Below are positions 39,942 to 51,076 of a stretch of DNA of 64,000 bases, piece after piece. Source of the stretch: Deltaproteobacteria bacterium (GTDB lineage Bacteria; Myxococcota_A; Polyangia; Polyangiales; Houyiibacteriaceae); NCBI GenBank assembly GCA_034670305.1, contig JAXMNT010000002.1:64001-128000 (forward strand). The letters are read 5' to 3'. The notes below the pieces were generated by a model. It did not search any database, was not told the origin of the DNA, and saw only the letters and a list, made by a program, of their open reading frames with translations. Positions within the stretch are counted from its first letter, which is position 1. Each line of letters opens with the position of its first letter. Both the position numbers and the translations under genes were made by a program.

Positions 39942-41383
39942 GAAGGATCCGCGGCTGGCCCCTCCGAGAGGAGCGGCAGTTTGCGGCGCTTGCGGGGCTG
40001 CGCGCGTTCCGGCAACGACGCGCCGGCCATCACCCCAAGCAAACTGTGCTGGAACGCTTTCTCGATGGTGACCTCGACGATGGTGCCGGTGGGGTCCACG
40101 CCCTTGGGCGCTTCGACGTGCACGATCTCGTGCCGGGCGCTGCGGCCGCTGAAGCGGTGAACGCTCGCGTCGTTCGGACCTTCGATCAGCACCTGCTGCG
40201 TGGTGCCGACGAGCGCGTTCAGATGCGCGGTCTGCTGCTCGGCGACCACCTCGAAGAGCGCCTGGATGCGCGCGGACTTCGTCTCTTCCGGCACGTCGTC
40301 GCCCATCTTCTGCGCGGGCGTGAACGGGCGCTCCGAGTACTTGAAGCAGAACGCGGCCACGAAGCCTGCGTCCCGCACCAGCTGCAGCGTCTCTTCGAAG
40401 TCGGCATCCGTCTCGCCCGGAAACCCGACGATGAGATCCGTCGAGAGCGTCAGCCCGGGCGCCGCCGCTTGCAGCGCACGCACCCGCTCGAGGTACTCCG
40501 CGCTCGTGTAGCGCCGCGACATGCGCCGGAGCACCGCATCGGATCCGGACTGCACCGGGAGATGCACGTGGCGCGGCAAGATCGCGAGGTCGCCATGCGC
40601 AGCGATGAGCTCGGGCGTCAGGTGCCGCGGGTGAGGCGAGGTGTACCGAAGGCGCGCGAGCTCCGGCACCTCCTCGGCGATGCGCCGCAGGAGCAGCGCG
40701 AACCGGCTGCCGCTCGGCGCGGTGCGGCTGGTCGGTTTGTGATCGGCTTCGCTCGGGTCGAACCAGCTGTTCACGGTCTGACCGAGCAAGGTGACCTCGC
40801 GCACCCCACCTGCCGCCAGACCGGAGATCTCTTCGAGGATCTCATCCGCGGGCCGGTAGCGCTCCGCGCCTCGGGTGGTCGGCACGATGCAGAACGTACA
40901 CCGCTCGTCGCAGCCCTTCATCACAGTGACGAACGCGGTCACCTCGCGGCCGATGCCGCGGGGCCGCGCGACGAGGAACTGGGGATCCTGCAGATCGAAC
41001 TCGGTCCGCACGCTCGGCGGCGCGCCACCGTCTTGGAGGCGCAGCAGCTCCGGCAGCTCTGGGATGTTGTCCGGTCCGAGCACGAGGTCCACCAGGTCCG
41101 AACGGCTCAGGAGCCGTTCTCCTTCCTGCTGGGCCACACAACCGGCCACCGCGATGGTCAGGTGCGGTTTGGCTTCCTTGAGCGGCCGCAGCCGGCCGAG
41201 CAGGCTCATGAGCTTGTGTTCGGCCTTCTCGCGCACGCTGCAAGTGTTCACCACGACCACATCGGCGTCGTAGGCGTCCTCGGTCGAGGCGTACCCCTCC
41301 CGCTCGAGCACCTCCTCGATCCTTCGAGAGTCGTGCACGTTCATCTGACACCCGAAGGTCTGAACGATGTACTTGCCAGCCAC
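39938..41383 (-). CDS. miaB: tRNA 2-methylthio-N6-dimethylallyladenosine synthase MiaB
   Basis: TFGCQMNVHDS, NTCSVREKAE, GCDERCTFC and HLPVQSGS motifs; TRAM domain. Confidence 0.96.
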   Translation of the reverse strand: MAGKYIVQTFGCQMNVHDSRRIEEVLEREGYASTEDAYDADVVVVNTCSVREKAEHKLMSLLGRLRPLKEAKPHLTIAVAGCVAQQEGERLLSRSDLVDLVLGPDNIPELPELLRLQDGGAPPSVRTEFDLQDPQFLVARPRGIGREVTAFVTVMKGCDERCTFCIVPTTRGAERYRPADEILEEISGLAAGGVREVTLLGQTVNSWFDPSEADHKPTSRTAPSGSRFALLLRRIAEEVPELARLRYTSPHPRHLTPELIAAHGDLAILPRHVHLPVQSGSDAVLRRMSRRYTSAEYLERVRALQAAAPGLTLSTDLIVGFPGETDADFEETLQLVRDAGFVAAFCFKYSERPFTPAQKMGDDVPEETKSARIQALFEVVAEQQTAHLNALVGTTQQVLIEGPNDASVHRFSGRSARHEIVHVEAPKGVDPTGTIVEVTIEKAFQHSLLGVMAGASLPERAQPRKRRKLPLLSEGPAADPS

Positions 41384-41477
41384 GGCCGCTTCTTAGCCGT
41401 TCTCCCATGCAGGCGCACCCCCAGCCGCGGCACACGGTTTCATCAACGAAGTACTGGAAAGCTGCTATGAAGTAGGC

Positions 41478-43931
41478 GTGCGGCTCCTTGGACTGCTCGG
41501 CCTGTGCCTGCTCTGTACCGGCTTCGAGTGGGAAGGCCGGCTCGGTCGACTCGAACGCGAGTTCGCCTCGGGCGATGCACGCCAGCGGCGGGACGTGGTG
41601 CGCCTCATGGCGGGCTACGGCGCGAGCGAGGTCCGCGAGCCGCTGCTGCGGGCCCTCGAGGACCCCGATCTCGAAGTGCGGCGGGAAGCCGCCGTGAGCG
41701 CGGGGCGGGTGCAACTCCGCGACGCGGTGCCGTTGCTCCAAGAGTGGCTCGACGACCCGGAACCCGACGTACGGAGTGTCGCGGCCACCGCGCTCGGTGA
41801 GATAGGCGACCCGCGGCCCATTCCAGACCTGGTGCGGGCGCTCGGAGATCAGAACACCGCCGTTCGACGGGCCGCCGTGGGCGCGCTCCTGCGCACCGGC
41901 GACGAGAGTGTGACGACCCCCATCCTCGGCCGGCTGGACGACGAGGACCCGGAGGTCCGAATCGATGCCGCGCAAGCGCTGGGACAACTCGGCGACCCGC
42001 GGGCCGTCGTGTCGCTCGTCGGTCGCGCACGCGACGAATCGGCGGATGTGCGACAGGCGGTGTACGCCGCGCTCGGATCGCTGGGCGACGCGCGCGCGGT
42101 CTCGGCCTTGGTGCAAGCGCTTCGCGACGACGCGCAGCCTGCCCAGCTGACCGCGATCGGCGCCCTCGGGCGGCTGGGCGCGGCCCGTGCGGTGGCCCCG
42201 CTGCGGTCGCTCGCCACCGGCGCCGACGCCCGGGTGTCGCGCGCCGTGATCGCTGCGCTCGGGGCCATCGGCACCGACGACGCGCTCGAGGCCGTGGCGG
42301 AGGCGATGGGGCGAAGCGAACTCCGGGAGACCGCCGCCGACGTGCTCGCGGGACACGAGTCAGACACCCTCACGGCGCAGCTCGGCACCCAGTTGGCTCG
42401 GACGCGCGAACCCGGTCAAGTCACCGCACTCGCGACGGCCATCGCGCGGCGCCTCGCCCGGGCGCCGGAGGCCTCGGTGGCCGAACCCCTGCTCCAGGCA
42501 CTGGTCGCGGAGCGCGGCGACGCCAGCCCGCTGCTCGAAGGGTTGGCGCGATCCGGAGACGCCGAAGTCGTCGTTCCGATCCTCGAACATCTCGTCGCAG
42601 CGGCATCGACCGGACAACCCACCGACGCGGCGTTGAACGCGCTGGGTCTTTACCTCGACCTCCACCCGGCCGACGGCCGCGCGGCGGATCCGCTCTTGGC
42701 CATTCTCGGCGAGGTGCCCCCGAACCAGCGGGTTCATGTGGTGACCTTGCTCGGCCGAGTGCAGGCCGCCCGGGCGCTTCCGAACATTCGCCCCCTGCTC
42801 GAACATCCAGAGGCCGATCTGCGGCGCGCGGCCGCCCAAGCGATTGGCGCGATTGGCGACCCGGAAGGTTCGGACGCTCTGTTTCCGCTGCTCCGTGACG
42901 ACGACCCGCAGCTGAGGATGATCGCGGCGCGTGCCCTCGGTGCGTCGATGGATGCGCGGCGCTTGGCCGAGGTCTTCGCCCTGGCCGAGGACCCGGCACC
43001 GGTGGACCGGCACGCGTTGCTCGTCGCCATCGGTGGCGCACTGCACCGAGGCACCGGCGAGATGGAGCGCTACGAACGGGGCCTTCAGCGGTTTGCGTCG
43101 GGACCGGACCAGCCACTCGCCGCGCGCGCCATCGACGCGCTCGCGACATCAGCGGGTCCCTACGCCGCCACTGCGTTGCGGGCGCTGAGCACCAGCGGAC
43201 CGGTGGAGCGACGCCGCATGGCGACCCTCGCGCTCGCCTGGCATGCGGCCGACGGGGACACGCAAACACTTCTGCGCGAGCTCTCCGCCACGGGCCCCGC
43301 GCAGGTCCGGCTTGCAGCCGTCGCCGCGCTTGGCTTCGCGGGACCCGACGTCGTTCCGGAACTCTTGACCCACGCGTCGGAGGGGGCATGGCCGATGCCC
43401 GCAGTCGCAACCTTCGCGCTCGTCCAGCAGGTTCGCCGACAAGAAGCGGTGTCCCCCGAAACGCTCGCAGGGTTGTGTGGACTGATCGAACGGCGCGACG
43501 CCTACGTGCGCGCCAACGCGATGGTGGCGCTGACCCTCGCGGGTGCCCGATGTGAGGGCAAACGTCCCCAGGACTTCTGGGGACCGGCCCACGCGCCCAT
43601 GGTTCGGGCCGCGGCGGCCCGCTGGCTCGCCGCAACCTCGGAGAACGAATCGCGGGGCGTGCTGGAGCGGTGCGCCGCCGAAGACCTCACGCCGGAAGTT
43701 GCCGAGGCCTGTTCGGACCCACGGCTGCCCGCGGCCGATCAGACCGCCGAGCTGCACGCCTACGGCGCCGATGGCCGTGGACTGCTCCGCAACCGTCTGG
43801 TCGCGCTGCGCTTCGCCGACGGCGCCGCGTTGGTGGTGCACTCGGACGCGGGGGGGCGCGTGATCTGGCCCCACGCACCCCGCGGCCGATTGCGCTTGGA
43901 CGACCCCCTGCGCACCCCGCTCCAGCCCTGA
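41478..43931 (+). CDS. Exported HEAT-repeat protein
   Basis: N-terminal signal-like segment; many L.D.D..VR..AA.ALG repeats. Confidence 0.88.
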   Translation: MRLLGLLGLCLLCTGFEWEGRLGRLEREFASGDARQRRDVVRLMAGYGASEVREPLLRALEDPDLEVRREAAVSAGRVQLRDAVPLLQEWLDDPEPDVRSVAATALGEIGDPRPIPDLVRALGDQNTAVRRAAVGALLRTGDESVTTPILGRLDDEDPEVRIDAAQALGQLGDPRAVVSLVGRARDESADVRQAVYAALGSLGDARAVSALVQALRDDAQPAQLTAIGALGRLGAARAVAPLRSLATGADARVSRAVIAALGAIGTDDALEAVAEAMGRSELRETAADVLAGHESDTLTAQLGTQLARTREPGQVTALATAIARRLARAPEASVAEPLLQALVAERGDASPLLEGLARSGDAEVVVPILEHLVAAASTGQPTDAALNALGLYLDLHPADGRAADPLLAILGEVPPNQRVHVVTLLGRVQAARALPNIRPLLEHPEADLRRAAAQAIGAIGDPEGSDALFPLLRDDDPQLRMIAARALGASMDARRLAEVFALAEDPAPVDRHALLVAIGGALHRGTGEMERYERGLQRFASGPDQPLAARAIDALATSAGPYAATALRALSTSGPVERRRMATLALAWHAADGDTQTLLRELSATGPAQVRLAAVAALGFAGPDVVPELLTHASEGAWPMPAVATFALVQQVRRQEAVSPETLAGLCGLIERRDAYVRANAMVALTLAGARCEGKRPQDFWGPAHAPMVRAAAARWLAATSENESRGVLERCAAEDLTPEVAEACSDPRLPAADQTAELHAYGADGRGLLRNRLVALRFADGAALVVHSDAGGRVIWPHAPRGRLRLDDPLRTPLQP

Positions 43932-44017
43932 GCCCGAAGACTCCGGTGCCCTCCCCCTCCCGAGCTCTGGCCCAAGCCGTTCCGGCGGAGGCGACGCGCG
44001 TCTGCCGCTTCGGCACC

Positions 44018-46138
44018 GTGGCCAGGCTGGCAACCGGCGCGCTGCTCTTCGCCCTCGGCTGCGCACACATCGCCCCCGACCGATACGGCGTGCACTCGAT
44101 CGACATCGACGGCATGGAGGATCTGAACGAAGAGGCGCTTCGTTCGTGCCTGGCCACCGCCGAGCGGGAACGCTTCACCATTCACTTGGGCGGCGGTTCG
44201 CACGAAGAGTGCGGCCGGCCGCCCTTCGATGGCGGCGCCGACATCGAGATGTGGCGGTGGCCTTGGACGGACTGGCCGCTCTACGACCGCAACGTGTTCG
44301 AGCGCGATCTGCAGCGCATCGAACGCTGGTACCGAGCGCGTGGGTACTACGACGCGCAGGTCATGAGCGTGAACACCGACCCTCCTCAAGCCGCGAACGA
44401 GGACCGGGTCACCGCCGAGTCGACCTGCGAACGAGACGACGACGACGAGGGGTGCCGGGTGCGGCTGCAGGTTCGGGTGCAGGAGGGCGAGCCGGTCCTC
44501 GTGCGCAGCCTCTCGATCGCGCCGGAGCGCGCGGAACATCTCGCCCGCGGCACGCTTGGCGCAGACCTCCTAGAAGCGCTCGCCGAGCTCTGGCAGCTGG
44601 AGGTGGGCGAGGCCTTCGACGAAGCGCTCTACGACCGATCCAAGAACCGCATGCTTCGGTACCTGCACGACGAAGCCCTGGGATGTGCGCGGGTGAGCGG
44701 ACGAGTGGAGATCGATCGAGAAGCCCGCGCCGCAGACGTCGTCGTGCGCATCTGGCAGGGCGCCGAGAGCCGCCTCGGCAACATCACCGTCACGGGGAAC
44801 GAAGACTTGCGCGAGTCCGTCATCCGGGCGGTCGCCGCACTCGAGCCGGGACAGCGCTACACGGAAGCCGCGCTCGCAGAAGCACAGCACTACGTCTACG
44901 CGCTCGGTGCGTTCGGTTCGGTGGATGTGCTCGGTCGCCCGCGCCGGAACGAAGCCGGCGCCTGCACGGGCGAAGTCGACGTCGAGATCCGGGTCAAACC
45001 GGGACGGCGGCTGCGGTACGGGCTTGGCGGCGGCGTCCAGGCCGGCACCTACCAGAGCGAGCTCCAGGCCACCGACGTGCGGCAGTGGGACATCCATCTG
45101 CTCGGGTTCGTCGAACACCGCAACTTCCTCGGCGGCCTGCGCCGCATCCGACTCGAAGGCCGGCCCAAACTCGTATTCCAACCGGTGAACCATCCCTTTC
45201 CGGTGCCTCGATTCGGGATGGATGTGCGGCTGCAGTTCCAGCAGCCGAGCTTCATCGAACGCCGAACCACGCTCGTCTTCGACACCCGATACGACTACGG
45301 CCCCGATCCGAACGATCGTTTCTTCCGGCACGTGCTCGACTCGTCGATCTCGCTGCGGCGCAGCTTCTTCGACGGCCTGCTGACTGGCTCGGTGGGACTT
45401 CGGGGCAATGTCTTCCGCGTGCGGGACGATGTGACCGCGACCACAAGCGACTTCCAGGTCGCGTTCGTGCAGACCGCGTTCCAGCTCGATCTGCGCGACG
45501 ACTCGCGCTCGCCCACACGCGGCTTCTATGCCTCGGTGGAGTTGCACGTCGCGCGGCTGCTGTCGTGGGACTACATCCGCACCGTCCCGGATGTTCGGCT
45601 CTACGCACCGCTCGGCCGGCTGGTCGTGGCGGGGCGGTTCCGGCTCGGCGTCATGCACATCACCCGGGCGAGCGACAAGCTCGATCCGGTCAGCCAGACC
45701 CTCGGTCCGCAGCTCTACCGTCTGCGTTCGGGCGGCGCGAGCAGCAACCGCGGGTTCGTCGCGGGGTACCTCGGCGACGCACCCTCGTTCAGTGGCGATC
45801 CGGACCGCCCCTTCCGGAGGAACAGCGGCGGCCTGCGCCGCTGGGACGCGTCGATCGAGTTGCGTCTTCCGGTCACGGAGGACTTCGGACTCGTGACCTT
45901 CGCGGACTTCGCCGACGTCAACCGAGAGCCGTCGTTCCGTTTCGACCACCTGCATCTCTCGGTCGGCGGCGGCCTCCGCTACGACACGATCATCGGACCG
46001 ATCCGGTTCGACATCGGCTGGCGGGTTCGTCGGGCGCAGGTCCTTGGGGAGGACGACGTCGACGCGGGGACGAACGTGAAGTTCCTGGGGCTCCCGATCA
46101 ACGGCGCCTTCCACTTCACCATCGGCGAGGCGTTTTGA
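44018..46138 (+). CDS. tamA: BamA/TamA (Omp85) family outer-membrane protein
   Basis: Lipobox ALGC; POTRA motif DLQRIERWYRARGYY; GGASSNRG, GPIRFD and C-terminal IGEAF; followed by TamB. Confidence 0.85.
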   Translation: MARLATGALLFALGCAHIAPDRYGVHSIDIDGMEDLNEEALRSCLATAERERFTIHLGGGSHEECGRPPFDGGADIEMWRWPWTDWPLYDRNVFERDLQRIERWYRARGYYDAQVMSVNTDPPQAANEDRVTAESTCERDDDDEGCRVRLQVRVQEGEPVLVRSLSIAPERAEHLARGTLGADLLEALAELWQLEVGEAFDEALYDRSKNRMLRYLHDEALGCARVSGRVEIDREARAADVVVRIWQGAESRLGNITVTGNEDLRESVIRAVAALEPGQRYTEAALAEAQHYVYALGAFGSVDVLGRPRRNEAGACTGEVDVEIRVKPGRRLRYGLGGGVQAGTYQSELQATDVRQWDIHLLGFVEHRNFLGGLRRIRLEGRPKLVFQPVNHPFPVPRFGMDVRLQFQQPSFIERRTTLVFDTRYDYGPDPNDRFFRHVLDSSISLRRSFFDGLLTGSVGLRGNVFRVRDDVTATTSDFQVAFVQTAFQLDLRDDSRSPTRGFYASVELHVARLLSWDYIRTVPDVRLYAPLGRLVVAGRFRLGVMHITRASDKLDPVSQTLGPQLYRLRSGGASSNRGFVAGYLGDAPSFSGDPDRPFRRNSGGLRRWDASIELRLPVTEDFGLVTFADFADVNREPSFRFDHLHLSVGGGLRYDTIIGPIRFDIGWRVRRAQVLGEDDVDAGTNVKFLGLPINGAFHFTIGEAF

Positions 46139-49100
46139 CCGAAGACGCCTCATCGCTGGAGCCTGCCCCGGAGCCGTCGGAGCCGCCCTCGGACCCGCCG
46201 CCCGAGCCGCGGCGTGGGCGACTCAAGCGCACCGCGTTCTTCCTCGGACGAGTGGTCGGGTGGATCGCCGCAGTGGTGGTCTGCGTGCTCGCGAGCGTCG
46301 CGTTTCACGTCCAGACACCGACCGCCCGGCGCGACATCGCCCGGGTCATCTCCCGCGAGACCACCGCCGCCCTGGCGGGTGAACTCGACATCCCCGACTT
46401 CGACTCGCTCGACCTCTTCGGGGGCACGACGCGGAACGTGGTGATTCGAGACGCCCAAGGACGCGAGGTCATCCGCGGCGACCGCGTGCGCGCTGGCATC
46501 GATGTCTCTGCCTTCCTGCACGGCGAACTGCGGCTCACCTCCATCGAGATCGATGGCGGTTTCATTCGGCTGTACACCGACCCGGACGGATCCCCCTCGC
46601 TCGCGAACGCGTTCGGGCCGCCGGCCGACGCCCCGCCCGACGACGACGAGGGAGGCGGACTGCGCATCGCCCTCGAACAGATCTTGGTTCGGGACGTCGA
46701 CGTGCGCGGTGACATCGTCGACTTCCGCGACCTGCACATCGAAGACTTCGACGGACACCTCGTCATCCTGGTGGACCCGGAGGACGGACTCGATCTCCGG
46801 GTCCACCGCGGCACCGGCAACGTGACCGGCCCCTTCCCCTACCCGGTCCGGCTCGAAGGCGCGTACGCCCTCCTGGACGACCGGCACACCCACGTGGCTT
46901 TGCGCGCCAGCCGGAGCCGCGAAGGCGCACCGGACGAACACGCGTTCGGGCACCTGGTCGTGCGCGGGCTCGACCGCGACGGACCAGCAGAATTCGACCT
47001 GCGCGTCCGCGTCGATCCGATCTCCACCGACACCCTCGCCGGCGCGGACCTCGACTTCGTGCCCGTGGTCGGTCCGATCCGGGGACGCCTCTCGCTGCGT
47101 GGCCCACCGGACGCTCTGTTGATCCGCGGAAGCCTCGACACCGACGCGGGCCACGCGAACCTGGAAGGCAGCCTCGGGCCCGGTCCCATCCGGGTCGCGG
47201 TGCGAACCGGCAGCCTGCAGCTCGACACGTTGATCGAGGGTGCGCCGAGCCTGAACGTCTCTGGCCGCGCGGAGATCGTGTTGACGGAACCCGAGCCCAC
47301 CGTGGTCGTCGACCTCGATCCGATGCACCTCGGGGACGTGGAAATCCCCGCACTGCACGCGGAAGGCAGGCTGCGCGAAGACGGGGTCACCATCGACGAC
47401 GCGTCCCTGCCGCTGATGGACGGAGACTTGAATGTGCAGGGGGACATCGGCTTCGACGGCGCGATGAACTTGAGAGTGAACGCCAGGTCGAACCAGGTCG
47501 CCTCCGATCCGCTGCTCTCCAGCCTGCTGCCCGGCGTGCGGGCCGGCGCGCACATGGCGACGCGGCTCGAGCGGCAGCTCGATGGGGGCACCCGCTTGGT
47601 CGGCCGATGGACCTTCACCAACGTTCGCTACGGAGGGGCCAGCGCGCGGGTCGTGGCGGCCACCGGCTCGGTGAGCGCCGATCTGGCCAGCGTGGCCGAT
47701 CTGGAAGACCTGTCTTCACTCCGCCTCAACCTCGACGTCGAGGCGTCCTCGGTCGCCGCGGGGAGTTTCCCGCTCGGCGAAGCGCGCGGCACCCTGCGTG
47801 GTGGGCCGGCCCGGTTCACCTCCACGATGACCCTGCGCGAAGGGGGACGGCTCGCGGAAGCCGACCTGCAGCTCGACCTTCGCAACGGGCTGCGGGTGGA
47901 CGCACCGCGGCTCGTGGTCAGCTCGGGCGACCAGCGCTTCTCGGGCTCCGTGTCGGGGCTGTACGCATCCGGGTTGGTCTTCGAGGTGGGGGCGCTCCGC
48001 CTCGCCTCCGACGACGGCAGCCAGCTCGTCGCTGCCTCGGGTCGATGGCATCGCGGCCGTGGACACGACGACGCCCTCCACGCCGAGGCGGCCGGTTTGG
48101 ACCTGACCGCGGTTCGGCTCCTCGCCGGTGACTACGGGCACTACCTCGAGGGCATCGTCGGCCAGGTCGCGGGCACCGCCGACATCACGGGCGACCTCGA
48201 AGCCCAGCCCGAAGTCCACGTCGACGGCACCTTCGAAGGGGGCCGCTTCCGCGGACTCGAACTCGAAGGCTCCCTGGACATGGCGTACCGGTTGGGCCGG
48301 CTCGTAGGCGATGTGGGCGTCACCTTGCCCAACGACGGAAGCCTCGACCTGCGCCTCCGCGGCACTGTGGATCAGGACCGCCCCCTGCGCGACGCCCTAC
48401 CGGACGCGTCGCTGGAGGGCGATGTGACCTTCCGCAACGTCGACCTCGCGCTCCTCGACCTTCTCGAGATCGAAGCCCTCGAGTCCGCCCCCGAGCTCGG
48501 AGGATCGGTCGACGGCGAGGTCGCGTTCACCGGCGCGCTCGACATCTTCGACTTCGAGGGCCGCATCGAGGTCCCGAGACTCGCGCTCGGGTCCGGCGAC
48601 GACATGATCCATCTCGGCGTCGTCAGCCGCATCGGCTACCAGAGCGGTGCGCTCGTCGCGCGGGTCATCGCGTCCGACCACGCCGGGGATCTGATCGAAG
48701 GCGAAGTCTCGGTGCTGCTCGATCTGCTCGGGGTGCTGCAAGAGCCCGCCCTCTTGCCCCTCGTCTTGGATGCGGCCCCCTGGCGGATGGCGGCGCGGAT
48801 GTCGCCCCGCAACCTCGGTAGTCTCGAGGAGCCGCTTCGACGACGGATTCCGTTCGCCGACAAACTCCGCGCTTCCGCGTCGCTGACCGTTCGCGGTGGT
48901 GCGTACCGACCACTCGGCGACCTGGTCGTCGGGCTCGACTACGTGGGCGACTTGCAGGGGGAACTCTGCGGACAGCGGAGCGCGCCGCGAGGCGAGATCA
49001 TCGTGGAGCTGCGCGATCAACGCACCGAGATGCGGGCGAGCGGGTTCGTCGGCAACCGCCGCTTTGCGCACGCAACCGGTGGTGCCGACACCCCCATCGC

Positions 49101-50991
49101 CGAGTGGCTTCGGGACGTCGACTCGTTCGAGGCCCCCGAGACCGACGTCGAGGTGTTCGTCGTCCGCGCACCGGTCGAAGATCTCCCGTACGTGTGTGAA
49201 CACGTCGCCGGACCGATCACCGCCACCGCTTCGCTGGGAGATGTGTTCTCCACCCACCCCACCGCTGAGATCAGCGTCTACAGCGCGGGCCTTCGCCCTC
49301 GGCAGCTGGAGGCTCGGGGACGACGCGACGGCCGCCGTCGGGTGGTCGAGCGGCGCCACGCCCCCGCCTCCATCGTCGATGTTCGCGCGACCATGAACGC
49401 AGGTGAGAGCTTGCTCGCCGAAGGCATCGTCTCGTGGTGGAACGGCGGCTCCACCCACGTCTCCGCCGAACTGCCCCTGCGATGGAACGGCGTCTGGGAT
49501 CCCGCGCTCGACGACGGTTCGGAACCGGACGACGGGGAAGACGAACCCGAGGTCGCCGGAGCGGACGAGCGAGGCGAAACCGAACGCGACGAGGACGCCG
49601 AAGCCGGTGACGAAGGCGAGACCACGAGCGGATTCCCGAGGGCGGACCGCGCCCGCCGGCAACTCTTCGTCGTGGCCGATCTCGACGACATGCCCATCGA
49701 GGCGCCGCTCGTGTACGTCCCATACGTCGGCCACTCGTTCGGAACGCTTCAGGGTGAAATCCGCATGCGGGGCCCGCTCCTCACCCCGGAGTTCGGAGGA
49801 GAACTCGCGCTCGTAGACGCTGGAGTCGAGATCCCGTCCGTCGGCCAGCGGCTCGAGGGGGTGCAGGGCACGTTCCTCTTCGAAGGGGATCGCATCACGC
49901 TGCAGCGTTTGAGCGTGCAGGACGGGGACGGAGTCGCGAACGTGGCCGGCGACCTCGAACTCCAGGGGCTCTGGCCGAGCCGCCTCACCGCGCGGCTCGA
50001 CGCGTTTGGGTTCCCGGTGCGACGCGAGGGCAGCGTGCTGGCCACCCTCACCGGCCACACGGCCGTCAACGCGCAGTTCGAAGAGAACGGCATGGAGGGC
50101 ACCTTGGAGATCGAGGACTTGTCGATCCGGCTGTCCAACGACCTGGACCAGGAGCCTCAGAGCCTTTCGCTCCACCCCGACGTGGTGGTGCTCGGCGAGG
50201 AAGTCGAGCAGGAGGTCGACACGGATCCGTTCGAGGTGCGGCTCGCCATCCGATCGCTGGATACGATTCAACTCAAGAGCGACGACTTCGCGGCCAGCTT
50301 CGAAGCCGACCTGCAGATGGGCTACGCCTCGGCGCTCTCGGTCGAGGGCACCGTGGAGATCGGGGTCGGCCACTTCGACGTGTTCGGCAAACGGTTCGAG
50401 GTGGAGCGGGGCGCGCTCACGTTCGACGCCGAACACGCACTCGATCCCGGCGTAAACCTGGTGGCCCTCCACAATCTGCGCAGTCGACCCGGAGAGACGG
50501 TCACGGTGAGCGCCAGCGGCCGCCTCAGCGATCCGCAAATCCGTTTCAGCTCGAGCCTCACGAGCGACTACGGCGAGATCATCGCGCTGCTCGTGAGCGG
50601 CGACGTGCGTTCCGAGACCAACTTGGAAGCGGAGCGCGCACCGACGGACTTCTTGGCCGGCATCGCGGCGGGCGTGTTGACGCTGGGGCTCCGCGAAGAG
50701 CTCGGCGCGGTGGTGCCGAACGTCATCGTCGAAGGCAACAACTACGGCGGCAACCGCATCCGCGGCGGCTGGCGGCTCGAAGAGATCCTGCCCGAGACCC
50801 TTCGCCGCGTCATCCAGGGCGTCTACATCGAGGGCTTCTTCAATACGAGCGGGGAGGACGCCGCCCGCTCCCTCGGTCAGCTGCGCGACTATGGCTTCTT
50901 GCTCGAACTGGCGTTCCCGCGCGGCGTCGTGAACACCAACACCGTCACCCCACCCAACAACTTCTCCCTCGACGTCACCTGGCAGCCCTGA
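46135..50991 (+). CDS. tamB: Translocation/assembly module TamB (DUF490) protein
   Basis: N-terminal TM anchor, long beta-taco-like sequence and C-terminal FGKRFEVERG...G.LSDPQI; TTG overlaps the tamA stop. Confidence 0.85.
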   Translation: MTEDASSLEPAPEPSEPPSDPPPEPRRGRLKRTAFFLGRVVGWIAAVVVCVLASVAFHVQTPTARRDIARVISRETTAALAGELDIPDFDSLDLFGGTTRNVVIRDAQGREVIRGDRVRAGIDVSAFLHGELRLTSIEIDGGFIRLYTDPDGSPSLANAFGPPADAPPDDDEGGGLRIALEQILVRDVDVRGDIVDFRDLHIEDFDGHLVILVDPEDGLDLRVHRGTGNVTGPFPYPVRLEGAYALLDDRHTHVALRASRSREGAPDEHAFGHLVVRGLDRDGPAEFDLRVRVDPISTDTLAGADLDFVPVVGPIRGRLSLRGPPDALLIRGSLDTDAGHANLEGSLGPGPIRVAVRTGSLQLDTLIEGAPSLNVSGRAEIVLTEPEPTVVVDLDPMHLGDVEIPALHAEGRLREDGVTIDDASLPLMDGDLNVQGDIGFDGAMNLRVNARSNQVASDPLLSSLLPGVRAGAHMATRLERQLDGGTRLVGRWTFTNVRYGGASARVVAATGSVSADLASVADLEDLSSLRLNLDVEASSVAAGSFPLGEARGTLRGGPARFTSTMTLREGGRLAEADLQLDLRNGLRVDAPRLVVSSGDQRFSGSVSGLYASGLVFEVGALRLASDDGSQLVAASGRWHRGRGHDDALHAEAAGLDLTAVRLLAGDYGHYLEGIVGQVAGTADITGDLEAQPEVHVDGTFEGGRFRGLELEGSLDMAYRLGRLVGDVGVTLPNDGSLDLRLRGTVDQDRPLRDALPDASLEGDVTFRNVDLALLDLLEIEALESAPELGGSVDGEVAFTGALDIFDFEGRIEVPRLALGSGDDMIHLGVVSRIGYQSGALVARVIASDHAGDLIEGEVSVLLDLLGVLQEPALLPLVLDAAPWRMAARMSPRNLGSLEEPLRRRIPFADKLRASASLTVRGGAYRPLGDLVVGLDYVGDLQGELCGQRSAPRGEIIVELRDQRTEMRASGFVGNRRFAHATGGADTPIAEWLRDVDSFEAPETDVEVFVVRAPVEDLPYVCEHVAGPITATASLGDVFSTHPTAEISVYSAGLRPRQLEARGRRDGRRRVVERRHAPASIVDVRATMNAGESLLAEGIVSWWNGGSTHVSAELPLRWNGVWDPALDDGSEPDDGEDEPEVAGADERGETERDEDAEAGDEGETTSGFPRADRARRQLFVVADLDDMPIEAPLVYVPYVGHSFGTLQGEIRMRGPLLTPEFGGELALVDAGVEIPSVGQRLEGVQGTFLFEGDRITLQRLSVQDGDGVANVAGDLELQGLWPSRLTARLDAFGFPVRREGSVLATLTGHTAVNAQFEENGMEGTLEIEDLSIRLSNDLDQEPQSLSLHPDVVVLGEEVEQEVDTDPFEVRLAIRSLDTIQLKSDDFAASFEADLQMGYASALSVEGTVEIGVGHFDVFGKRFEVERGALTFDAEHALDPGVNLVALHNLRSRPGETVTVSASGRLSDPQIRFSSSLTSDYGEIIALLVSGDVRSETNLEAERAPTDFLAGIAAGVLTLGLREELGAVVPNVIVEGNNYGGNRIRGGWRLEEILPETLRRVIQGVYIEGFFNTSGEDAARSLGQLRDYGFLLELAFPRGVVNTNTVTPPNNFSLDVTWQP

Positions 50992-51076
50992 TTGTTCCCA
51001 CGGGGCGGGCGCACTTCGCTGGACCGGGAGATGCCGCAAGCGTGGTGCGGATCCCAAGCCGTGGTAGAAACCCCGC

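Noticed and set aside
44146-46134. N-terminal 663 aa of the 2281-aa ORF
   Set aside because: Arg-rich off-frame read of tamA; TamB plausibly begins at TTG 46135
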